64,000 nt of DNA, taken from IMG/VR virus record IMGVR_UViG_3300045988_087149, positions 32,001 through 96,000 of that record. One strand, 5' to 3'. The notes under the pieces are model-generated. The model had not been told where the DNA came from. It ran no database searches and was given only the letters and a program-made list of their open reading frames with translations. The position numbers were made by a program, and so were the translations under genes. Origin of the DNA: a virus. This document shows positions 52,732-61,651 of this stretch, in pieces (positions within the stretch are counted from its first letter, which is position 1; the number at the start of each line of letters is the position of its first letter).

Positions 52732-53151
52732 TTGCATAAAAATAAATATCCTCGGCTAGGCAAAGCCGACATGAGTAAAGAGTTGCGGCGGCGCACAGGT
52801 GTTGATTCTAAAATCATTGAACTAGTATTAAGAAATTATCATGATATCATCCGCGAGACACTACAGCATGGTGTAGAATATTCTTTGCCAGATATTGGTG
52901 TTATTACATTTCGTGACCATCCACCAAAGCCAGCTGGTGAATATTGGAACGGATTCCAAAAGCGGCGTATGTATTACCCTGACAGACAAGGATATTATCG
53001 GCTAGAATTTAAGGCTGAGAAACATATGGCTAGTGCTGTTAAAGGTGGTACATTGTATGGGAAAGGCGCAACTAAAGAGGAATATGATGCTTGGGTATTA
53101 GAGAATTATCCAGATAACCCCAAGTTTATGAAGGAAGAAGAAGATGGCTGA
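52732..53151 (+). CDS. HU/IHF-like (DNABII-fold) DNA-binding protein, long form
   Basis: LPDIGVITFRDHPPKPAGEYWN...YYRLEFKA resembles the HU arm region. TTG start with AAAGGAA 8 nt upstream (alternative ATG at 52774). Confidence 0.5.
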   Translation: MHKNKYPRLGKADMSKELRRRTGVDSKIIELVLRNYHDIIRETLQHGVEYSLPDIGVITFRDHPPKPAGEYWNGFQKRRMYYPDRQGYYRLEFKAEKHMASAVKGGTLYGKGATKEEYDAWVLENYPDNPKFMKEEEDG

Positions 53152-53707
53152 ACATAATAAGCTGAATCAAGAATTTTATGCTTATGCTGGTGGATTGCTC
53201 AATGTATCGCCCCAGACTGCCAAGAAATACTGGATGGGGTTTGTTGATACTATTATTCATATTCTTCATTTTGATGGTAAATGCCAAATGCCAAGCATAG
53301 GCACATTTACACTGGAAGAATTGCCTGAGCGCAAAGTAATGGCTAAGAACGAGCAGGGTGAACTTGTTGAACAAATTAACCCAGCTTGGTTTAAGATATT
53401 ATATAAGTACAACGAGGATTTTCTTAATAATGTTAATGGGCGCGGCGTTACAAAGAAATATCGTAGGCGCGTCCGCGAACGTAAGTTGACACCAAATGAT
53501 CTCAAGCTGATAACTCAAGCTGAAATGGAACGAACGGCAAAGCGAACATTGAAGCAGATGCAAGATGACCGTATTGAGCAAGCAAAGCAACAGAGTTATG
53601 ATGATTTTATCAATGTAATCAACAAGAAAAAAGAAGATTATGAACGGAAAAAGAAGGAAAAGGAACAGAAATTGAATGAATCTACAGAAGATACGACAAG
53701 CGACTGA
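53144..53707 (+). CDS. HU/IHF-like DNA-binding protein with basic/acidic C-terminal tail
   Basis: MPSIGTFTLEELPERKVMAKNEQGELVEQINPAWFKILYK matches the IHF/HU beta-arm pattern. Confidence 0.55.
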   Translation: MAEHNKLNQEFYAYAGGLLNVSPQTAKKYWMGFVDTIIHILHFDGKCQMPSIGTFTLEELPERKVMAKNEQGELVEQINPAWFKILYKYNEDFLNNVNGRGVTKKYRRRVRERKLTPNDLKLITQAEMERTAKRTLKQMQDDRIEQAKQQSYDDFINVINKKKEDYERKKKEKEQKLNESTEDTTSD

Positions 53708-54860
53708 GCTGCTAGATAGCAAGTTGATTGACTTACAGGAATGGACGGCTCGTTGTCTTGGTGAAGATTATAGGGGCGTTTGGAGCGAGGAGTATTTGCG
53801 GCGTTGTGCCGTATTTGTTCGCAATATGCTAAATGGTGCAGACGATTATGAATCAGATGAAAAGGACACTAATATTCTATCACAGCTTAGAGAGGCTAAG
53901 CAGGAACTAGAGAAAGAACGTAAGAAATTACAGAGTGAGAATATTCAATATGTTCAGAATAAGAGATTTGACGCAAGAGCAGAATTGATTCAAGAAAAGA
54001 TTGCTGAGTCAATTAAGAACCTTGAGCCGTTTACTATCCGCGAGTTCAACAAGTTACCACAAACGAATGTAAGTGGGCTTCTTTGTATTTCTGACCTTCA
54101 TGCTGGTTCAACGTATGAAATCAAGGGTGCATATAATGAAATTGTAAATAAGTACGATTTTGGCATTATGAGGGCGCGGCTTGATGGGTTGCTTAACAAG
54201 ATGTGCAATGATGATAACTGCATTTGGCTAGATGACATTACGGTTGCTGTGCTTGGTGATTGCGTAGAGAATATTCTACGCACATCTAGTCTAGCTAAGC
54301 TGAGAGAACCGGTTATTGATACAGTTATCAAGTTGTCTGAATATCTAGCTGATTGGTTTGTTGAATTGCACGACCGACTTGAAATTCCTGTTAATGTGGT
54401 GATGGTTGGTGGTAATCATGATGTGTGCCGCCCATTGACCTCTAAGCCACAGTTTGAGGAGGAAAATCTAGGTAAAATCATTGTATGGTATCTACAAGAG
54501 CGGCTAAAATCAGCAGATGGAATTACTGTAGACGATTACACAGATTGCGCTATTAAATACATTAAGAACAATGCAATCATGCTTCATCATGGAGATGGCG
54601 GTGATGTAGCTGAAACAATGCGATATTTTGAAAATTTATATAATATTGACATTGACGAGTGCTATGTTGGACATCTACACCGACAAGAAATGAAGAACGC
54701 TGGTATTACTGAGTTAGGTGATAAACTGTGTTGGCGCGTTGGCTCGGTATGTGGTGTTGATGGATTTGCAAAGTCTATTCGTAAAGCATCAAGACCGTCT
54801 TGTATGTTTACTACATATTCAGAAGATGGTGCAGAGTGGCGTAAAACATTTTATCTTTAA
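53676..54860 (+). CDS. calcineurin-like metallophosphoesterase (Mre11/SbcD-type fold)
   Basis: ISDLHAG, LGDCVEN, GGNHD, HHGDGG and GHLH motifs in the canonical order. Confidence 0.75.
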   Translation: MNLQKIRQATELLDSKLIDLQEWTARCLGEDYRGVWSEEYLRRCAVFVRNMLNGADDYESDEKDTNILSQLREAKQELEKERKKLQSENIQYVQNKRFDARAELIQEKIAESIKNLEPFTIREFNKLPQTNVSGLLCISDLHAGSTYEIKGAYNEIVNKYDFGIMRARLDGLLNKMCNDDNCIWLDDITVAVLGDCVENILRTSSLAKLREPVIDTVIKLSEYLADWFVELHDRLEIPVNVVMVGGNHDVCRPLTSKPQFEEENLGKIIVWYLQERLKSADGITVDDYTDCAIKYIKNNAIMLHHGDGGDVAETMRYFENLYNIDIDECYVGHLHRQEMKNAGITELGDKLCWRVGSVCGVDGFAKSIRKASRPSCMFTTYSEDGAEWRKTFYL

Positions 54861-54862
54861 TA

Positions 54863-54891
54863 TTGACAATCAATAGATTGTGTGATATAAT
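54863..54891 (+). promoter_or_regulatory. consensus sigma-A-type promoter driving a non-coding RNA
   Basis: TTGACA (54863-54868), 17 bp, TGaTATAAT (54886-54891 is the -10 box). It starts 3 nt after the upstream stop codon. Confidence 0.7.
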
Positions 54892-54897
54892 ACAACC

Positions 54898-55968
54898 ATG
54901 GAATTGCGGCTAATATCTGCGGATTTAGTCTTGGCTTGGGGATGTGTTCTACAAGTTCCATAATAGAGGAAAAGCCTGAACGCTTTTCGCTGTCATATGA
55001 CAGAATTTATCTTATCGGTAGCGTCAGTTGCAAATGGCGCTACCACCCTTAAATTGATTCATTCTCTACTAGGTGATAGCTACGGCTGTGTTGATCATGC
55101 TTGTGGGGCGATTGACCCACCTAGCAGAGTTGAATATAATCGAGCCGTAATCTGCAATTCAGCAGAGCCTAATACGAGCATGACATTGGTTGTGGCGGGC
55201 TATGTCAATATAGTATCGTAAACTGTATCGGCTCAGTTTTCATCTCGACCACGCAATCTCTAAAGTATCCCGTTTAAGTGAGCAACGGCGAATCTGTAAA
55301 TGGGCGTGTTGGAGATTTATAACCGACAAAATCTTATTCATCCTGCCTTTCTCGAATCCTTGCGTTTATACGTGGGGTATTGATGTAGAGAGGGTGGGTA
55401 TTCATCTCATGTACCATGCGTACAAGGAGTTCTTGAAGTCGTTAATAGCGGCTTTTGCAAAATCCTATCCTAGACGATAGGCGTATAGCAACATGTGTGT
55501 TATATGAGCGTATGAAGCATAGAACCGGGTTGTCTTTCGGCAATATGTGGACGTTTACATTGGGTTTTCAGCATACCGCAAGGCAACAAGAAAATGCTGA
55601 CCGACTATGCGGTAAAGATGGGACAACAGGTATCATAGGAGCCAATGACGAACCATATAAAACATAACAGGGAGTGGCGCTCGATACCGGCATGCGCTTG
55701 ATAAATACCGGACATTAATGAGTCCATAGGTAAGGACGTTAAAACTGCCTGTCGCTACTACTCATTGGCGGCTATGAATATCCGAAAGGAGGTCACTATT
55801 CTCTTGAATTATCCACTGGTTTATCCGAAGCATAATTAAAGAAAGGATGGTGGTCAGAGCCCATTGGCTCATATCTACAATAAGCCCAACTCAATGGGAA
55901 CTGTTGTTTAACTGAATATTGTACATTGACAAATACGAAGCAGCTGAGAGCAATCTTGGCTGCTTCGT
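54898..55968 (+). ncRNA. about 1.07-kb structured non-coding RNA candidate
   Basis: All three frames are saturated with TAA, TAG and TGA, and there is no SD-preceded ORF. Visibly GC-richer than the flanks. Perfect helices at 54990-55003, 55017-55044, 55464-55481 and 55860-55898. Bounded by a promoter and a hairpin. Confidence 0.55.
55935..55968 (+). terminator. terminator-like hairpin closing the non-coding RNA locus
   Basis: Perfect 10-bp stem ACGAAGCAGC/GCTGCTTCGT with a 14-nt loop. The following U-tract is weak (CATATTTAT). Confidence 0.45.
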
Positions 55969-56010
55969 CATATTTATAGGAAAATAAACGGAACGGAAAG
56001 GAATGAGAAT

Positions 56011-56838
56011 ATGTTTTGCCCATATTGTGGCAAAGAAAAGCAAGATAGCCAATTCTATAAAAGCCCAATCAAAACGGGCGAATATATTAATCCATGCAAA
56101 TCATGTGTGACTGAGCTATATAAACAAGCTCTTGAATCTACTAAAGACCAAGGCGCGGCATTATGGTCAACTTGTATGCAGACTGGCATTCCTATGAGAC
56201 GGGCTGAATATACTGCTTGTCTTGACACCCTAGAAAAGGCAGCTAAAGGTAAAAAGCCTAGTTTATTTATGTTGTATCATACATATTTGTCTACATCGCC
56301 AGATAAACTAACAGGTGTGTGGGATAGTGATATGGAGTTGTCTAATTTCAAGGATTTGGGCGATGTTGCTAAAGGCGAAACTGATGAGGTGGCGCTAAAA
56401 GCAAGGTGGAATCGTCAGTGGGGCACTGATTATGAAGAATGGGAATATCAGTGGCTCGATGATATTTTTGAACGATATACAGAAGAAATTCTTGATATGG
56501 ACACAGCTAAAGAGATGACATATAGAAATCTATGCCAAGCCAATCTACGCAAATTCAAAGACCCTACAGATAAAGATGCTGGCGATGAAATTCTTAAATT
56601 GATGAAGGTGCTAAAACTAGACCAATTTAAGGAAAATAAGCAGAGCGATACTGAAAAATTTATAGAGCGCATGGCATGGAATATTGAAAATACAAAACCA
56701 TGCGAATGTGAGGATTTGAATAAGTATAAGGATTTTAGTGGATTTGAGCTGACATGGAAAGATATTTTAAGATGTTGTAAGAATTTGGTTGGGGGCGGGC
56801 GCGAATATCCAGATTTACCCTCAGATCAAAAGAGATGA
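56011..56838 (+). CDS. putative terminase small subunit (positional call)
   Basis: 275 aa with an N-terminal zinc ribbon CPYCG...CKSC. Lies immediately upstream of terL. No motif-level support. Confidence 0.4.
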   Translation: MFCPYCGKEKQDSQFYKSPIKTGEYINPCKSCVTELYKQALESTKDQGAALWSTCMQTGIPMRRAEYTACLDTLEKAAKGKKPSLFMLYHTYLSTSPDKLTGVWDSDMELSNFKDLGDVAKGETDEVALKARWNRQWGTDYEEWEYQWLDDIFERYTEEILDMDTAKEMTYRNLCQANLRKFKDPTDKDAGDEILKLMKVLKLDQFKENKQSDTEKFIERMAWNIENTKPCECEDLNKYKDFSGFELTWKDILRCCKNLVGGGREYPDLPSDQKR

Positions 56839-56854
56839 TGGGTGGTGATATAGA

Positions 56855-58699
56855 ATGAAAAGTCAGATGGGGGGCTTGAGACGCAAGTTCCTTGGAAACC
56901 ACCTAATTACGGCAAAAGCAAAAGAAAACGCAATGAAAGATGCGCAGAAAGAGGAAAATGCTATAGAGTGGCTGACTTTATTCTAGTTACGCCGAAATTG
57001 GCATATATATGTTGATTTAGTTCTTGGTATCAAGTTGCGCCCATTTCAGATGATAATGATATATCTGATGGGCATATCAGATGTATTTTTTGCAATATGT
57101 TCTCGTGGCTTATCCAAAACCTTTATTGTAGGTCTAGGTAATATTGTAAAGATGAATCTTTACCCTTACACAGAGGCTATCATTACATCATCAACTGTTG
57201 CACAGGCAAACAAGATGGTTGAAGATAAAATAAGAGACGAGTTGATTAAAAAATTATCTCCTTATCTCTTATATATGTATGAGCATGAATATTTGGTTAT
57301 TACTAAACCTGAAGATGGTTATAGAATAGAGAATAAACTTAATGGCTCGACTTTGCGTGTGTTACCATGTCAAGATAGCTCCCGTGGTCCAAAAGCAACA
57401 ATTCTTACATATGAAGAAGCCCGTTTGCTCAAAAAAGGTATGGTTGATTCCGTCTTTGAGAAGATGGCGCATCCAAGACAAGCCAAATATCTTAGCAACC
57501 CTGTATATGGCAATAATCCCCGTTGGAAAGAGGAATGTCAACATATCTATATCACATCTGCTAGATATAAGTTTGAGTGGTTTTGGTTATTATTCAAAAA
57601 GACATTTACTCGTATATTTACCGACACCAAAGTAAGATGCAATATTTTTGCCGGTGATATATTTATGGCTATTGATAATGGTTTTAAGACATGGGCTGAT
57701 TATTGGAATGGCAAGGCTGGCGGCGAAATGGACTTCAGAATGGAAGATTTGAACGAGATGATTTCAGAGGGCGATGATGCGTTCTTTAATCTAAAGTCAT
57801 TCAAAGAGAACCAAATTATTGAGCGTTGTTTCCGTCCATCTACTGCATTACAATTCTTTGCTGGAGAACAACCTAATTTCCCAGAAAAGAAAGAGGATGA
57901 AATACGTATCTTATCTATGGACTTGGCATTTGCAAATACCACAGGTTGTACAAAGAACGATAATACAATTATTGCTCTTATGTCGGCTCATTGGGATAGT
58001 AAAAAGAATAGATTCGAGCGGCACGTTGATTATATAGAGGGACATGATGCATCTGATACAATCGGTGCATCTGATAGATTTAGATATCTCAAATGGGTAT
58101 ATGATGCAGATTATTGTCTGTTTGACTCGCGTAGCGGCGGTGAGGTAATAGCAAATCACCTTACAGAACCACTACCAAGACCAGATTTGGGCGTAAGATG
58201 GGATTCGCGCGGCTTTGGATTGGCTGATAAATATCAGGTTGTATCTCAAGCCAAGATTGATGATTATCATAGCCGCACAGTTGATAAAAATGCTGTACCA
58301 TGCTTAATACCGATTATTGGTACTCCTGAATTGAACAGTAGCGGGTGGTTGTCACTACGTAAACAGCTTGAAACCAATAATATGAAATTCCTTATTTCTA
58401 TGCAAGATTATCAGAACGAGCTAACAGATAGCGGTGAATATTATCAATATACTGCTGAAGAATTAGCTAATCAGCTTGAGCCGTATGGTCAAACTGATAT
58501 GATGGTTATAGAGGCTGTTAATCTCAAGACAGTTATCAAGCAGGATAAAATCAAACTAGAAGAACCACGCACAGGAACTAAGGATAGAATTGTAACTATT
58601 ATGTATGGTAACTATATTATTGATTTAATTGAGAACGCATGGCAACAACAATTACAAGAAGATGAGTTTGATATAGACTCTATCCAGCTTGTTTGGTGA
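56855..58699 (+). CDS. terL: terminase large subunit, reading frame interrupted by one in-frame TAG (56984-56986)
   Basis: Walker A AICSRGLSKT, Walker B-like ILTYEEA, and a nuclease-domain-sized C-terminus. ATG 56855 (GGTGGTGA upstream) opens 43 codons in the same frame. The conserved-looking LGIKLRPFQ lies between the TAG and the first canonical start (TTG 57035, which has no SD). Confidence 0.7.
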
Positions 58700-58850
58700 C
58701 AATATCAAAATACAAAATAAAAACACTCAAAAATATAAAACGAGCGGATAGGGAGGACAAGTAGCTCAATGAACTTTGGCATACGTTAATGAAGTCCATA
58801 ATCTAACTGCTCTAATATATAAACAATAAAACAAAGAAAGGAGGTTGAAG

Positions 58851-60425
58851 ATGCCAAAAAATAATGAAGATGTAAAGCTATCTAAAAATGACCTTCAGGA
58901 TATTATTGATTTTAGTGCAGGTCTGATGGCGGTTGATAATTTCTACTCACCATTTCTGAGCAATCAGTTATTGACTAATCTAAACAATAATCCTCGCTTA
59001 CCTAATACAGAAGCGGTAAAAAGGGCGCTCAATGATTATAAGAATAGTGGCGCTGATTTACAGGGCTTTGTAGAATTTGCATCAGCGTTTGATATGATTT
59101 TCAAACGTACTTTATATTCTTATGCAAATGCGCTATCTTTCGACCTTCAGATAACGTGCAAAAACGCATATACAAAAGGCGACTATGAATCAGAGGAATA
59201 TAAGAAAGACCGGCAAACAGTAGATAATTTCTTAACTAACTTTGACTACAAGAAAGAATTTTATAATGTTCTGCTAAATGTCTTAAAGCGAGATTCATAT
59301 TTTACTTGGTTTAGAAAAACTAAGAGTGGCAATCGTGGTAAGATGAAGTATGCTCTACAAATCATGCCGCAGGATTATTGTATGCTCACCGGGTATTTTG
59401 AAAAAGGGTTGCTGTGGTCTTTTAATGTACTGTATTTTATGCAACCGGGCGTAGATATTGAGGGGTTTGATCCAAGTCTCAAAAAGACATATCTTGATGC
59501 TATTGAGAATGCAGAGCTAAATTATAGGCCGTCTGCGCCACTCGATAAACGTACTGGCAGTTATGCTCTATGGGCAGATGTATCACCACTCAATGGTGCT
59601 TATGCTTGGAAATTTTCTACAGATAACTTTGCTAATAACCCGTTTTTAGCACCGTATGTAGCAAATGTTCTACGCAGTGATGAGGTTGGCGAATTACAGT
59701 ATAATAAAGACCTTATCTCTGCGGCTGGCATTCTGGCTGGTGAGATTAGACTATTTGACTCGGCAAAGTCAGGTACGAAGGCAAATCAGTTCGCTATTGA
59801 CCCAAAAACGCTTGGAGCATTTATGCAAAAGGCGGCTAATGGTCTAAAGAATACTGTCAAATTGGCAGCTATGCCGCTTGAGAATATTAAGTTTTTCCAG
59901 TTTGAGGACAAGAATCCAAATAGCTACACAAATGAGCTAACTACAACAGCTGGTATTGGTACTGGCATTAGCCGTGTTATCTATTCATCTGATAAGATGA
60001 GCAATGCTGAACTAGAGGCGGCACTTAACGAGGTCTATCAGACTATGAAGCCAATGTATGCTCAGTTCAATAATTTCCTTGATTTCTACGTAAATCAAAT
60101 GACGAGTAAATATAAGTTTAAGTTTGAGTTCGTTGGTTCTAACTATCAATTTGAGCGAGATGCCAGATTTGATAAGATGATGAAGATGGCCGATAAGGGA
60201 CTTGTACTCAATTCGTCTGCATGGGCTAGTGCAATTGGTATGAATCCTGTTACATTTGATAGGATGCTTGCAGAGAGTAAATATACTGGATGGATTGATA
60301 AGTATTCGATGTTGATGTTAAATGCAAATACTACGGCGCAATCAAATGAAGGTGGCCGCCCCCGTCAGTCAGGAACATCACTTACTGAAAGCGGCGAAGC
60401 AAGCCGAGAAACATTAGAGGAATGA
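58851..60425 (+). CDS. portal protein (positional and size call)
   Basis: 524 aa directly after terL. AAAGGAGG lies 6 nt upstream of ATG 58851. Confidence 0.6.
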   Translation: MPKNNEDVKLSKNDLQDIIDFSAGLMAVDNFYSPFLSNQLLTNLNNNPRLPNTEAVKRALNDYKNSGADLQGFVEFASAFDMIFKRTLYSYANALSFDLQITCKNAYTKGDYESEEYKKDRQTVDNFLTNFDYKKEFYNVLLNVLKRDSYFTWFRKTKSGNRGKMKYALQIMPQDYCMLTGYFEKGLLWSFNVLYFMQPGVDIEGFDPSLKKTYLDAIENAELNYRPSAPLDKRTGSYALWADVSPLNGAYAWKFSTDNFANNPFLAPYVANVLRSDEVGELQYNKDLISAAGILAGEIRLFDSAKSGTKANQFAIDPKTLGAFMQKAANGLKNTVKLAAMPLENIKFFQFEDKNPNSYTNELTTTAGIGTGISRVIYSSDKMSNAELEAALNEVYQTMKPMYAQFNNFLDFYVNQMTSKYKFKFEFVGSNYQFERDARFDKMMKMADKGLVLNSSAWASAIGMNPVTFDRMLAESKYTGWIDKYSMLMLNANTTAQSNEGGRPRQSGTSLTESGEASRETLEE

Positions 60426-60429
60426 TATT

Positions 60430-60942
60430 ATGATGTTATCAGAAAGAACAAGTGAAGCCCTAGATATTCTAGTTGGGCAGTATTTTCAGTTGAACCGTAC
60501 ATTCGACCGTTGCGTGTCGTGGATGGAAGTAAAATTTGCTATGCCAAATGCGGCAGATATTATCCATCATAAGCTGGCGCATCTCTGGCCGCTTATGGCT
60601 GATGCTGTAAGCGATTTTAAGCATCAGTGGAATATTACCACATATTATCCTGAGACGCGCGGCGATAAGCGAACATATGATAATCTTGAGCAAATGATGG
60701 ATACTATGCTTAGAGAAACGCTTGACTTATATCAAGTTATTAAGCAGACGTATTATATTGCTAAAGAAGAAAAAGATTTTAATGCAAATGCTATGCTACA
60801 AGATTTGATGGAAGATATGAATAAAGTTGTAGCGCAGATTATTCTATTGGATGATAAAGCCAAACAAATGCCAACAGAATATGATGAATATGACCGTCAT
60901 ATTGACAGTTGGGGAATTATTGGGTTGGAGGATTATCAATGA
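60430..60942 (+). CDS. hypothetical head-module protein (170 aa)
   Basis: Track ORF 4 nt after the portal stop. Confidence 0.55.
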   Translation: MMLSERTSEALDILVGQYFQLNRTFDRCVSWMEVKFAMPNAADIIHHKLAHLWPLMADAVSDFKHQWNITTYYPETRGDKRTYDNLEQMMDTMLRETLDLYQVIKQTYYIAKEEKDFNANAMLQDLMEDMNKVVAQIILLDDKAKQMPTEYDEYDRHIDSWGIIGLEDYQ

Positions 60943-61115
60943 TTATCCTTGGAATCCCAAAGAATCCTGAAGATTATTTTATTGCAGATAGCGCCTTAGC
61001 ATGGGAACTTGATAAGGCTGGCTTTTCAGCTAAATATTTAGATGATGACGCGCATTATTATAAGCGCAACGCAAAATTACTAAAATGGCTTAAAAAGAAT
61101 GGAATAGAAGGATAA
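60939..61115 (+). CDS. hypothetical protein (58 aa)
   Basis: Start moved to ATG 60939 (GGAGG 7 nt upstream), which forms an ATGA overlap with the upstream stop. Confidence 0.45.
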   Translation: MIILGIPKNPEDYFIADSALAWELDKAGFSAKYLDDDAHYYKRNAKLLKWLKKNGIEG

Positions 61116-61140
61116 TACGCTAGAAAGGAGGAATCTATGA

Positions 61141-61560
61141 TTGGAAACAGTCAAGAATATTGCCGCAATTTTAGGAGCAATCCTTTCTTTAGCAGCGGTT
61201 ATTACCCTATGTTGCAAACCTATTAAACTATATATTGCAAGCTCTTTAAAAAAATATCAGAGTGAACAAGATGATAGGATAAAACAAAATACCCTCAAAG
61301 CGATGCTCAAGAGAATTGAGAGTAAGCTAGATGCGACTGTAGCATATACAACTGAGGCGTGTCGTGGTGAAATCAAAAATATGTTCTATAAATATATAGA
61401 AAATAAGACATTGCCATATTATGAAAAGATGCACATGTTGCAGATTGAGGATATTTATGTCAATAAGCTGCAAAAGAATCATTATACTAAGGGGCTTATT
61501 GAAGAAATGAAAACGTGGTCTGTTGACTATACTGGTGTTGATTCACAAGATGTCAATTAA
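61141..61560 (+). CDS. membrane-anchored protein (139 aa), UUG start
   Basis: TM helix IAAILGAILSLAAVITLCC. TGA lies immediately upstream in frame, and GGAGG lies 9 nt before the TTG. Confidence 0.55.
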   Translation: METVKNIAAILGAILSLAAVITLCCKPIKLYIASSLKKYQSEQDDRIKQNTLKAMLKRIESKLDATVAYTTEACRGEIKNMFYKYIENKTLPYYEKMHMLQIEDIYVNKLQKNHYTKGLIEEMKTWSVDYTGVDSQDVN

Positions 61561-61651
61561 CCATATATTGGCGGCTTGGGCATGGTGCTCTTTGGGTCAC
61601 CGTAGACGGGATGAATATCTCGTTATATCCTTGAAGAAAGGAGGAAGATGA

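Noticed and set aside
55926-55960. TTGACAAAT at 55926 as a promoter for the putative terS gene.
   Set aside because: The sequence 17 bp downstream is AGCAAT, inside the hairpin loop, so there is no acceptable -10 box. I treat it as part of the 3' end of the non-coding RNA.
54863-56010. Retron, diversity-generating retroelement or group II intron as an explanation for the large non-coding region.
   Set aside because: There is no reverse transcriptase ORF anywhere nearby, no template/variable repeat pair, no GUGYG...AY boundaries, and no domain V-like hairpin. The flanking genes are intact.
54997-56068. Track ORFs 54997-55221 (+), 55455-55667 (+) and 55796-56068 (-) inside the non-coding RNA locus.
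   Set aside because: None has an SD and they are isolated in a stop-saturated region. The minus-strand ORF overlaps the start of the next gene and the closing hairpin.
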